The notes under the pieces are model-generated. The model had not been told where the DNA came from. It worked only from the letters and a program-made list of their open reading frames with translations, and did no database searches. This document shows, piece after piece, positions 35,430-43,937 of a stretch of DNA of 64,000 bases. The first letter of the stretch is position 1, and every line of letters begins with the position of its first letter. The stretch comes from Candidatus Ornithoclostridium excrementipullorum (GTDB taxonomy: Bacteria > Bacillota > Clostridia > Christensenellales > UBA3700): contig DVKK01000002.1 of NCBI GenBank assembly GCA_018716085.1, positions 15,380 to 79,379 on the forward strand, written 5' to 3'. The position numbers and the translations under genes are program-made.

Positions 35430-37168
35430 AAGACAATCTCGCCGTACTCAAACGTCTCATGCGCTACATCGCGCCGCACAAAGGATACGTAGCCCTGGCT
35501 GCGGTATCGGCGGTGATGTCGGTCGCCGCCACTCTCGCCGCGCCGGTGTTCATAGGCGACGCGATAGACCATATAATCGAAAAAGGGCTCGTGGAATTCG
35601 ACACCGTGGCGGTATTTATGATACTGCTCGGAGTGACGATAGCCGTCGGCGCGATCTTCCAGTGGACGCTGTCCCTTGCCACCAACAAACTCGCTTTCAT
35701 CGCCGTCAACGAAATGCGCAAGGAGCTGTTCGGACATATAAGCAGACTGCCTCTTTCCTATATCGATTCGCACCCGCACGGCGATCTGATCACCCGCATG
35801 GGCAACGACATCGAACAGATATCCAACGGTATCTTGCAGGGCTTCTCTCAACTGTTGACGGGAGCGTTCACCATCGTAGGTACTTTGGGGATAATGTTCG
35901 CGATACATTGGGCGGTCGCTCTCGTAGTCGTGGTTATAACGCCGCTCTCTTTCTTTGTCGCGACTTTCATCGCCAAACATTCCAATTCGATGTTCCGCAA
36001 ACAGTCGAACGCTCAAGGCAAACTGGGCGGATACAGCGAAGAAATGCTCGAAGGACAGCGCATAGTCGCGGCTTTCGGTTACGAAGACGAAGCGCAGAAG
36101 AAATTCGAAGAGATAGACTCCGTACTGTACAAATACGGAGTGAAATCGCAATTTTACAGCTCGCTGAGCAATCCGTGCACACGCTTCGTCAACAATCTCG
36201 TATACGCCGCCGTAGGCATCGTAGGCGCGCTGATCGCAGTGCTCGAAGGTTCGATGAGCCCCGGCGTACTGTCCACTTTCCTCATATACGCCAATCAATA
36301 CACCAAGCCCTTTAACGAGATCACGGGAGTCATCACGGAACTGCAAACGGCCGTCGCCTGCGCAAGACGGGTGTTCACGGTCCTGGACGAGCCCGAAGAA
36401 AGTTCCGACGATCTGCTGCCCGAGATCGGCGAGTGCCTGGGGACCGTGGAATTCGACAACGTGAGTTTCGGCTACTCTCCCGACAGGATACTGCTGCAAA
36501 ATATCAACGTACGCGCCGACAAAGGCAAACGTATCGCCATCGTAGGGCCCACGGGATGCGGCAAGACCACTATGATCAATCTGATAATGCGCTATTACGA
36601 CGTCACTTCGGGCGAGATACGAGTGTCGGGCAAGCCCGTCAAAGAAGTCAAACGCGACTCTCTGCGCGAACAGTTCGGCATGGTATTGCAAGACACCTGG
36701 CTGTTCGAGGGTACGGTGCGCGACAATATAGCGTACGGACGGCGCGACGCGACCGAAGAAGAGATCGTCGCCGCGGCGAAGTCCGCAAACGCAGACGGAT
36801 TCATATCCAAACTTGCCGACGGCTACGATACCGTGATAACAGAGAGCGGCGGCAATCTGTCCCAGGGACAGCGCCAGTTGCTGTGCATAGCGCGCATCAT
36901 GCTGACCCGTCCGCCGATGCTGATACTCGACGAAGCGACTTCCAACATCGACACGCGCACGGAAATGAAGATACAGAGGGCTTTTGCCGAGATGATGAAA
37001 GGCAGGACCAGCTTTATAATCGCGCACCGTCTGTCGACGATCCGGGACGCCGATCTGATACTGGTGATGCGCGACGGCAATATAGTCGAACAGGGCACGC
37101 ACGACTCCCTGCTCGCCGCCGGCGGCTTCTACTCCGAGCTGTACGAAAGCCAGTTCCGAAAAGTCTGA
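35426..37168 (+). CDS. ABC exporter half-transporter (TMD-NBD), subunit carrying the consensus ATP site
   Basis: Internal ATG of track ORF 34466..37168, forming an ATGA overlap with the upstream stop: MKDNLAVLKRLMRYIAPHKG. Walker A GPTGCGKTT, Walker B LILDEATS and H-loop IAHRLST are canonical. The signature is degenerate (LSQGQ). Confidence 0.9.
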   Translation: MKDNLAVLKRLMRYIAPHKGYVALAAVSAVMSVAATLAAPVFIGDAIDHIIEKGLVEFDTVAVFMILLGVTIAVGAIFQWTLSLATNKLAFIAVNEMRKELFGHISRLPLSYIDSHPHGDLITRMGNDIEQISNGILQGFSQLLTGAFTIVGTLGIMFAIHWAVALVVVVITPLSFFVATFIAKHSNSMFRKQSNAQGKLGGYSEEMLEGQRIVAAFGYEDEAQKKFEEIDSVLYKYGVKSQFYSSLSNPCTRFVNNLVYAAVGIVGALIAVLEGSMSPGVLSTFLIYANQYTKPFNEITGVITELQTAVACARRVFTVLDEPEESSDDLLPEIGECLGTVEFDNVSFGYSPDRILLQNINVRADKGKRIAIVGPTGCGKTTMINLIMRYYDVTSGEIRVSGKPVKEVKRDSLREQFGMVLQDTWLFEGTVRDNIAYGRRDATEEEIVAAAKSANADGFISKLADGYDTVITESGGNLSQGQRQLLCIARIMLTRPPMLILDEATSNIDTRTEMKIQRAFAEMMKGRTSFIIAHRLSTIRDADLILVMRDGNIVEQGTHDSLLAAGGFYSELYESQFRKV

Positions 37169-37244
37169 CGCCAAGCCTAATCGGTAACGCTCCGCAACTC
37201 TGTTTTGTTAAAGTGTTGCGCTTGAAAGTATAATTCACCGCAAG

Positions 37245-37278
37245 AAAAAGACCGCGCCTGACGGCGCGGTCGATTTTT
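37245..37278. terminator. Bidirectional terminator between the convergent ABC exporter and ilvN genes
   Basis: GACCGCGCC-TGAC-GGCGCGGTC is flanked by AAAAA and ATTTTT. Confidence 0.6.
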
Positions 37279-37286
37279 CGTTAAGA

Positions 37287-37784
37287 TCAGACCCCTCTGT
37301 CCAACGCGGTGATACCCGTGCGGCAGACGTTCTTGACGCGCAGGTCGCGGTCCTTGTCGCGCAGTGCGGTGAGCGCTGCCACGAAATTGTCTATCTTTCT
37401 GCTTGTACCCGTCAGCTCCAATATCATCGACTTAGACGTGATGTCGAGTATCAGCGCGCCGTATTCGTCGGCAAGCTGTACGATCGAATTGTCGAACGCG
37501 CCGTCGGTAACGACTTTTACGAGCAGCAGTTCACGGCATACGCTCTCCTCTTCTTTGAGCGCGGTAACGTTTATCGTCTCTTCCAGTTTGGACGTCTGTT
37601 TGACTATCTGGTCGAGAGTATTTTCGTCGCCCTGCGCCGTTATGGTGATGCGCGATATCTTGGGGTCGTCGGTCGTCGCGACGGAGAGAGAGTCTATGTT
37701 GAATCCTCTTCTGCCGAACAAGCCGCACACCCTCGCAAGCACGCTGGGATTGTTGTAGACCACTACGGACACGATATGTTTCAT
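37287..37784 (-). CDS. ilvN: Acetolactate synthase small (regulatory) subunit, ACT domain; no large subunit nearby
   Basis: Track ORF trimmed to MKHIVSVVVYNNPSVLARVCGLFGRRGFNIDSLSVATTDDP.ISRITI (the IlvH/IlvN ACT signature), plus an ALS_ss_C-like tail. Confidence 0.8.
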   Translation of the reverse strand: MKHIVSVVVYNNPSVLARVCGLFGRRGFNIDSLSVATTDDPKISRITITAQGDENTLDQIVKQTSKLEETINVTALKEEESVCRELLLVKVVTDGAFDNSIVQLADEYGALILDITSKSMILELTGTSRKIDNFVAALTALRDKDRDLRVKNVCRTGITALDRGV

Positions 37785-37815
37785 GTTGCACCTTCCGCTG
37801 TTATTCTTACAACAC

Positions 37816-37844
37816 ATTATACACTCTCGAAGCGAGATACGCAA
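37816..37844 (-). promoter_or_regulatory. Candidate sigma-A promoter of ilvN
   Basis: The reverse strand reads TTGCGT-17 nt-TATAAT with a TG extension (gTGTATAAT). Confidence 0.45.
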
Positions 37845-37939
37845 GAGTTTGCGCCGCTTAGTGTCCGCTCTTTCCGATCGCGGCGCACCCGTATTCGGCT
37901 CACAGATCGCTGCGAGCGTTCGGCTCCGTCACATGCAAA

Positions 37940-38605
37940 TCAAAAATATTTGGAAAGCAGTCTTTTCAACTCGTCCTTCTCGTCGGTGAGCGCCGCGGCG
38001 CGCTTGCGCATCTTCTTTTCTTCCACGGCTTCGCGCAGTTTTTCTCCGACTGCCCTCATCCTCTCGTCGTCGAGAGGCTCTATTCCCGTATACGGCAAAA
38101 ATTCCTCTTCTTCCTTCGGAGCGGGCTCGCTATGAGGCAGCTCTTCCCGCACGTCTGCCGCCGCGCGCGCCACGTCGCCGCGAGTCGTTTGAGGCAGAGT
38201 TTTTGCCAGCACTACTGATCCGTCGCATTTTTCCGCATAGGAACTTTCGCTTTCCCCTCCTATGAACACCTTTTTGCCGGCTTTGCGTATCGCGGCAAGC
38301 ATTGGCTGACAGTCGACCTCGGCGCACACCACGAATATGCCTTCGACGGAAGGATTCGTATAGGCTACGGTCACCGCGTCGATGACCTGTCTGATGTCGA
38401 CGCGCGTCTTTTTACGGTTGTGCAAAGGCAGCGCGACTTCGGCGTTATTGGCTTTGATATAGGGATTGAGATCGCCGTTCTTTTTGGCGTTGTAACCGTA
38501 AAATTTTACGTAGTCGAAACGGGCTTGCAGTTGTCTTTCCGCCTCTTCGAGCGCTATGGCGCTCACTTTTGCGGCGCCCAGATCTATCAATGCGGCACAG
38601 TTCAT
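37940..38605 (-). CDS. NYN/LabA-like (DUF88) domain protein with a charged C-terminal tail
   Basis: 221 aa. The layout IDLGAAK...FYGYNAK.......IKANNAEV..P..N.KK.RVD......D......NP.V.GIFVV..D.D..P....IRKAGKKV fits LabA-like NYN domains. Confidence 0.65.
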   Translation of the reverse strand: MNCAALIDLGAAKVSAIALEEAERQLQARFDYVKFYGYNAKKNGDLNPYIKANNAEVALPLHNRKKTRVDIRQVIDAVTVAYTNPSVEGIFVVCAEVDCQPMLAAIRKAGKKVFIGGESESSYAEKCDGSVVLAKTLPQTTRGDVARAAADVREELPHSEPAPKEEEEFLPYTGIEPLDDERMRAVGEKLREAVEEKKMRKRAAALTDEKDELKRLLSKYF

Positions 38606-38655
38606 TCCTCTCCTTTGATCGAAATCGTTCGTGCCTTACGCCGTTCGGTCTTGTT

Positions 38656-39471
38656 TTACCGCCCGGCTGTTTCTCTCTTGTGAAAAAACAGATATTGCTG
38701 CGCCACTCCCGCAAGACCGCCGTAGATCGACGTGAGCTGCCTGCGTATCTTTGCGTTCGCAGCCGACTCTCCCGCGATATCCGCATAAACCTTTCGGATC
38801 CACGTATCCACGGGAAAGACGTCGAACTTGCGGTATGCGAACAGCAATATGCAATCCGCTACCTTCGGTCCCACTCCTTTCAGAGAGCACAGATACTTGT
38901 TGGCGCTGTCCGAATCCATGGCGCAAGGCGCTTCGAGATCGAATCCGTCAGCTACCCTCTTCGCGGTATCGGCGAGATATTCGGCTCTGTATCCGGCGCC
39001 CAAAGACGCGTAAAACGCCGCCGACCTGTCCGCCATAGCCTCCGCAGTCGGAAAGGCGCGGTATCCGCCCATATCCTCGCCCAACGCGTCGCACAGTCTT
39101 CCTATTATGCCCTTTATCCGAGGGATATGGTTGTTGGCGGAGATGATGAAACTTATCAGAGTTTCGTAATGCTGCTGCCGCAGTATCCTTATCCCCTTGC
39201 CGTATTCCACCGCCTCGTCCATAAAGGGCTTGCCTTTCAAAGCCGCGCGTATCGCTCCGTAATCGGTGTCCAGATCGAAATAAGCGCGGAAGTAGTCCGG
39301 ATCGTCCGAAATTATCCTTGCCTCTGCGTCCGTCTGGATGACACGGCATCTCCTGTCGCCGGAATAGACCGTATAGCCTCCGTCCTCATAATAGTAACGG
39401 AACACCTGTCCGCAGTCCAGTATCTGTCTAATGTCGAACTCATCCCTCGAAACAATTATATCATCGCTCAT
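38656..39471 (-). CDS. HhH-GPD DNA glycosylase (8-oxoguanine DNA glycosylase / AlkA-like)
   Basis: Track ORF trimmed to MSDDIIVSRDEFDIRQILDCGQVFRY (Ogg-like N-terminus). LKGVGPKVADCILLFAY...FPVDTWI is the HhH-GPD motif with the catalytic Lys/Asp context. Confidence 0.75.
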   Translation of the reverse strand: MSDDIIVSRDEFDIRQILDCGQVFRYYYEDGGYTVYSGDRRCRVIQTDAEARIISDDPDYFRAYFDLDTDYGAIRAALKGKPFMDEAVEYGKGIRILRQQHYETLISFIISANNHIPRIKGIIGRLCDALGEDMGGYRAFPTAEAMADRSAAFYASLGAGYRAEYLADTAKRVADGFDLEAPCAMDSDSANKYLCSLKGVGPKVADCILLFAYRKFDVFPVDTWIRKVYADIAGESAANAKIRRQLTSIYGGLAGVAQQYLFFHKRETAGR

Positions 39472-39574
39472 ACCTACGATCTCCGCCGATAACGTCTTTT
39501 CGGCACGAATTATAGCATATTTCGTCGAACAACGCAACCGAGGCGGAGCGCTCCGACAAAATAGCTCATTGATG

Positions 39575-39603
39575 TTGAAAATGCGCGCGCGTTATGTTAT
39601 AAT
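39575..39603 (+). promoter_or_regulatory. Candidate sigma-A promoter of lacZ (GH2)
   Basis: TTGAAA-17 nt-TATAAT, about 45 nt upstream of the ATG. Confidence 0.5.
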
Positions 39604-39646
39604 TATTAAAATGGCAAATCGGCGCAAACGCCGCAAGGAGAGAATT

Positions 39647-42600
39647 ATGAACAATCCGAACACTCTTTCGACCTACAACATCAATTCCGTCAAACGCTAC
39701 GCTTCGGGGTTCCCGCTGGACGCAAAGGGCGCTCCGACCGCTGTCTGCCTCGACGGTATGTGGAAATTCAAGTTCGTTCCCACCGTCAAGCAGATACCGC
39801 ACGGATACGAAGCGGAAGGCGCGTCCCTGTCCGGTTTCGGCGAGATCAAAGTTCCGTCGGAATGGCAGATCGAAGGCTTTGACAAACCGATATACACCAA
39901 CTATATATACCCCTACGCTCTCGCGCAGTTCAACGTGCTTGCCATACCGCACGTAAAAGATCGCAAGAACAGCGCCGGCTGCTACGTGACCGAATTCGAA
40001 TACGACGGCTCGGACAAAGACGTATTCCTGCGTTTCGAGGGCATCAACAGCTGCGGCAACATATACGTCAACGGCAAATTCGTCGGTTACTCGGAAGACA
40101 CTTTCAGCCCTCAGGAATACAATATCACTTCCCTTGTCCGCAAGGGCAGGAACAAGCTCGCCGTCACCGTGTACAGATACTGCACGGGCAGCTATCTCGA
40201 AGATCAGGATATGTGGCGTCTGTCGGGTATTTTCCGCAGCGTATGGCTGATCCTCAAACCGCACGTCGAGATCGCGGACGCGTTCGCTCTGTCCAAGCTG
40301 TCGGACGACTATTCGAACGCGCGCTTTTCGCTTACGGTAACGCTCGCGTCGCGGCTCTCCGCTCCGGCGGCGCGCCGGATAAAGGCTATCCTCTCGAAAG
40401 ACGGTAAGACGGTCGCGGAGATGACCTCTTCCGCCGAAGTGCCCGCAGGCGGCAGCGTAGACGTAGCGTTCGAATCAGAAGTCAAAGACGTCGCTCTTTG
40501 GTCCGACGAATTCCCCAACCTCTACCGTGTGGAGATCGAGCTGTCCGACAACGACGGCATTGCCGACAGGCGTGCCTTCGACTTCGGATTCCGCGAAGTC
40601 AGGATACAGGGCATGAAAGACGGCAGAGGACCTTTCATACTGCTCAACGGCAAGCCGATCAAGATATACGGCGTCAACCGCCACGAGTTCCACCCCGACT
40701 ACGGTCATGCGGTGCCGCGCGATCTGATAGAGAAAGATCTGCTGTTGTGCAAAGCCAACAACATCACCGCGGTGCGCAACTCGCATTATCCCAACTGCGA
40801 CGCTTTCTACGAACTGTGCGACAAACTGGGCATCCTCGTCATGGCGGAGACCAATCTGGAAACTCACGGCCTTGCGATGTTCATACCCAAGAGCAGCAAA
40901 AAATGGGTGAAACAATGCGTTTACCGCGCGATGAATATGGTCGAGCGGCTCAAAAACCACCCCTGCATAATCAGCTGGTCGCTGGGCAACGAGGCGGGCT
41001 TCGGCAAGGACTTCGCGGTCATGCGCGAAGAAATCCTCAAACGCGATACGTCCCGCTTTATCCATTACGAACCCGATCAGTCCGGCAAAGTCGGAGACGT
41101 ACTCAGCGAAATGTATTCGCACGTCGAAAAAATGCCCGTCATCGGCGAGAACAGACCCATGCGCCACTGCTATGCGCTGTGGGCGCCCATCGGCAACAAA
41201 TATACCCCCGAGATGTACCGCGATCTGCCGTTCATCCAATGCGAATACGCGCACTGCATGGGCAACAGTCTCGGCAATTTCAGCGACTATTGGGATATGT
41301 TCCGCAAATACGACAGACTTGCGGGCGGCTTTATATGGGACTTCGCCGACCAGGCGATCCACCGCAAGATAGACGGCAAAGACGCCTGGCTGTACGGCGG
41401 CGACTTCGGCGACAAGCCGAACGCGGGCAGATTCGCGTTCAACGGCATCGTACGCGGCGACCGTTCGCCCAATCCGGCGTTGTTCGAAGTCAAACATCAG
41501 TACGCAAAAGCGGGCTTCGAATACAAAGACGGCAAACTGTACGTCACCAACAGACACAACTTCACCGATCTCAACGCTTTCGCGTTCGAAACGGATATTT
41601 CCGCCGAGGGCAAAGTTCTCGCTTCCGCAAAGGCTAAGATCGACTGCGCTCCCGGACAGACGGTGCTCTGCCCCGTGCCCGAAGCCGCTCTTCCCGAAAA
41701 TAAGGAAGTCGTGCTCAACGTGCGCATGATCACGGTAAAAGACGAACCGTTCGCTCCCGCCGGACACATAGCGGCAAGCGATCAGTTTGTGATAAAGGGA
41801 TTCGACTTCTCCGCTCCCGAAGCGGTCAAAGGCGCGTCGCTTGCTACTTTCGACGACGGGTATACGGTCACCGCCGGCGGCACCGTTTACACGCTTTCGA
41901 AGAGCGGTCTGATCGTCTCCGCAAAAAAAGACGGCAAGGAAATGCTTTCCGCTCCGCTGTCGCCCAACTTCACTCGCGCGGCGATAGACAACGACGCCCT
42001 GCCGCAGGTCCCGTCGATAATCTCGACGATCTTTATGGGCAAAGGCAAATTCAGACGCGCGCAGAAACGTTTGCACGCGACGCGCGTAAACGTACGCGAA
42101 AAAGACGGGACCGTGATCGCCGACGTCGCATGGTCGATGCCGCACGTCAAGAGGATATCCACCCGTTACGTATTCGGCGGCGACGGCACGTTGGACGTTT
42201 CGATGACGGTCGCCCCCTCGTGCAGCATGGAGCGCTACGGCTTCACATGGAAGCTCGCGAAAGGTATAGACGGCGTGACCCTGTACGGCAAGGGTCCGCA
42301 CGAAAATTACTGCGACAGAGCCACCGGCGCCATGCTCGGGATATGGAAAGGTTCCGCCGAAGAGATGATACACGACTATCATTATCCGCAGGAAAACGGC
42401 AACCGCACCGGCATAAGATACGCTTCCGTCGGCAGCGATCGCAAGATCACTCTGCGCGCGGTCGACAAACCGTTCGAGATGACCGTACATCCCTACACCT
42501 GCGAAATGCTGGAAAACGCGCAGCACTCCTATGAGCTCGGCAGAGAGGACTCTCTCACCGTATGCGTGGACGGCAAACAGCGCGGCGTGGGCGGCGATAC

Positions 42601-42685
42601 GCCCGCCATGGCTTGCACCAAACCGCAATACGATATCCTGCCCGGCAAAGAGTATTCTCTGCGCTTTACGTTGAAATTCGACTGA
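39647..42685 (+). CDS. lacZ: GH2 beta-galactosidase (LacZ-type, ~1012 aa)
   Basis: Track ORF trimmed to MNNPNTLSTY (AAGGAGAG RBS). VNRHEFHPD, NAVRNSHYPN, WSLGNEAG (acid/base) and CEYAHCMGNS (nucleophile) blocks, plus the C-terminal small-chain domain. Confidence 0.9.
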   Translation: MNNPNTLSTYNINSVKRYASGFPLDAKGAPTAVCLDGMWKFKFVPTVKQIPHGYEAEGASLSGFGEIKVPSEWQIEGFDKPIYTNYIYPYALAQFNVLAIPHVKDRKNSAGCYVTEFEYDGSDKDVFLRFEGINSCGNIYVNGKFVGYSEDTFSPQEYNITSLVRKGRNKLAVTVYRYCTGSYLEDQDMWRLSGIFRSVWLILKPHVEIADAFALSKLSDDYSNARFSLTVTLASRLSAPAARRIKAILSKDGKTVAEMTSSAEVPAGGSVDVAFESEVKDVALWSDEFPNLYRVEIELSDNDGIADRRAFDFGFREVRIQGMKDGRGPFILLNGKPIKIYGVNRHEFHPDYGHAVPRDLIEKDLLLCKANNITAVRNSHYPNCDAFYELCDKLGILVMAETNLETHGLAMFIPKSSKKWVKQCVYRAMNMVERLKNHPCIISWSLGNEAGFGKDFAVMREEILKRDTSRFIHYEPDQSGKVGDVLSEMYSHVEKMPVIGENRPMRHCYALWAPIGNKYTPEMYRDLPFIQCEYAHCMGNSLGNFSDYWDMFRKYDRLAGGFIWDFADQAIHRKIDGKDAWLYGGDFGDKPNAGRFAFNGIVRGDRSPNPALFEVKHQYAKAGFEYKDGKLYVTNRHNFTDLNAFAFETDISAEGKVLASAKAKIDCAPGQTVLCPVPEAALPENKEVVLNVRMITVKDEPFAPAGHIAASDQFVIKGFDFSAPEAVKGASLATFDDGYTVTAGGTVYTLSKSGLIVSAKKDGKEMLSAPLSPNFTRAAIDNDALPQVPSIISTIFMGKGKFRRAQKRLHATRVNVREKDGTVIADVAWSMPHVKRISTRYVFGGDGTLDVSMTVAPSCSMERYGFTWKLAKGIDGVTLYGKGPHENYCDRATGAMLGIWKGSAEEMIHDYHYPQENGNRTGIRYASVGSDRKITLRAVDKPFEMTVHPYTCEMLENAQHSYELGREDSLTVCVDGKQRGVGGDTPAMACTKPQYDILPGKEYSLRFTLKFD

Positions 42686-42700
42686 CGGTCGCGTTAAAAA

Positions 42701-42728
42701 AGCGGCGGATTCGATCCGCCGCTTTTTT
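42701..42728 (+). terminator. Rho-independent terminator after lacZ
   Basis: AGCGGCGGAT-TCG-ATCCGCCGCT is followed by TTTTTT. Confidence 0.65.
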
Positions 42729-42763
42729 CATACCGCCGAACTTTTCCGATATCGGAAAACGGT

Positions 42764-42794
42764 AAAAAAATACCGCGCACGTCACCGTGCGCGG
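42764..42794 (-). terminator. Rho-independent terminator after rpmA
   Basis: The reverse strand reads CCGCGCAC-GGTGAC-GTGCGCGG followed by TATTTTTTT. Confidence 0.6.
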
Positions 42795-42811
42795 AAATCG
42801 TTCTTTGAGCG

Positions 42812-43093
42812 TTACTCCGCCTTTGCGTAAACGCTTACCTGCTTCTTGTCCTTGCCCTTGCGCTCGAACTTGACCACACCGTCGATCAAAGCGAAGAGGG
42901 TATCGTCTCCGCCCTTACCTACGTTGTTGCCTTCGTGGAACTTGGAGCCTCTCTGTCTGACGAGAATGCTGCCGGCGGTGACGAACTGTCCGTCCGTCCT
43001 CTTCACGCCGAGACGCTTCGCCTCGGAGTCTCTGCCGTTGCGGGTAGAGCCGCCGCCTTTCTTGTGAGCAAAAAGCTGTATATTGATAAACAT
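42812..43093 (-). CDS. rpmA: 50S ribosomal protein L27 with N-terminal propeptide
   Basis: MFINIQLFA|[23 protein letters not shown]... is the L27 signature, preceded by a 9-residue Firmicute-type extension. Confidence 0.95.
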   Translation of the reverse strand: MFINIQLFAHKKGGGSTRNGRDSEAKRLGVKRTDGQFVTAGSILVRQRGSKFHEGNNVGKGGDDTLFALIDGVVKFERKGKDKKQVSVYAKAE

Positions 43094-43094
43094 C

Positions 43095-43421
43095 TTATTT
43101 TACCTCCAATTCGATAAAATCGGAATAGCCTTGGTTGAGATCCGCCACGCCGAGGAGCATCGTTTCCAAAACCGTGTCGCAGTCGTGCCTCGTCTTGCCG
43201 TCCAGATCATCGGGAAGAGACATCTTCAGATATCCGTCCTCTCCGACCTTGTAATCCAGTCTGACTCCGACCACTTGCAGCAACCCGAGCGCCGCAGTCT
43301 GGACTATCGACGAGAGCGCCGCGCATACTATGTCTTCGCCCTCTTCTCCGTACCCGGTGTGACCCGTGCACTCTACCGAAACTATCCTGTTGTTGCGCCT
43401 TACGACGACAACGTGTGTCAT
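43095..43421 (-). CDS. prp: Ribosomal-processing cysteine protease Prp
   Basis: 108 aa lying between rplU and rpmA. The [18 protein letters not shown] block carries the His/Cys dyad typical of Prp (YsxB). Confidence 0.85.
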   Translation of the reverse strand: MTHVVVVRRNNRIVSVECTGHTGYGEEGEDIVCAALSSIVQTAALGLLQVVGVRLDYKVGEDGYLKMSLPDDLDGKTRHDCDTVLETMLLGVADLNQGYSDFIELEVK

Positions 43422-43726
43422 TACGCCTTGATCTCGGCGATCTTGAGCGCGGTATAGGGCTGTCTGTGTCCCTGACGCTTGCGCTCATTCTTCTTCGCCT
43501 TGTACTTGAAGACGACGATCTTCTTCGCCTTGTCCTGCGCGACTACTTCCGCAACGACGGTCGCCTTGGCAGCTTCCGCGCCGGTAACGACGCTGCCGTT
43601 GTCGCAGAGCATCACGACCGCGAGTTCGACCTTGTCGCCGACGTTGGCGTCCAGCTTCTCGACCTTGATGATACGGTCCTTCTCGGCCTTATACTGCTTT
43701 CCGCCGCTCGTAACGATTGCGTACAT
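43421..43726 (-). CDS. rplU: 50S ribosomal protein L21
   Basis: Track ORF trimmed to MYAIVTSGGKQYKAEKD (ATG 43724-43726, GAGGAGG RBS). C-terminal KKNERKRQGHRQPYT.LKI is the L21 signature. Confidence 0.95.
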   Translation of the reverse strand: MYAIVTSGGKQYKAEKDRIIKVEKLDANVGDKVELAVVMLCDNGSVVTGAEAAKATVVAEVVAQDKAKKIVVFKYKAKKNERKRQGHRQPYTALKIAEIKA

Positions 43727-43801
43727 TCTGTTTACCTCCTCTGTCCAGTCTCGCTGTCGGGGTGTTTGCATTGCAAAACTTGGACCCTTTCCATGCGGCT
43801 C
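43727..43801 (-). ncRNA. Structured 5' leader of rplU (possible L21-leader-type ribosomal autoregulatory element)
   Basis: About 75 nt lie between the predicted TSS and the rplU ATG. This stretch contains nested inverted repeats (GGTCCA..TGGAC, TTGCAATGCAA). The position matches the Firmicute L21 leader, but I could not verify the conserved structure by eye. Confidence 0.3.
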
Positions 43802-43808
43802 GCGATAT

Positions 43809-43837
43809 ATATTATCATAACGCGCGATAAGTGTCAA
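43809..43837 (-). promoter_or_regulatory. Candidate sigma-A promoter of the rplU-prp-rpmA operon
   Basis: The reverse strand reads TTGACA-17 nt-TAATAT. Confidence 0.55.
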
Positions 43838-43937
43838 ACAAAATTTCGATATTTTGATCGGGATCGACGGGCGAAACGCTTCCGTTTTCCGCTTTTCGCC
43901 CCGTTCGGCTCAAAAATCCGCGGTCTGCCCTGTTCCG

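Noticed and set aside
34466-37168. A 900-aa ORF that would suggest a giant fused ABC protein.
   Set aside because: The first ~320 residues are Arg-rich out-of-frame read-through of the upstream ABC gene. A proper start (ATGA overlap, MKDNLAVLKRL...) at 35426 gives a normal 580-aa half-transporter.
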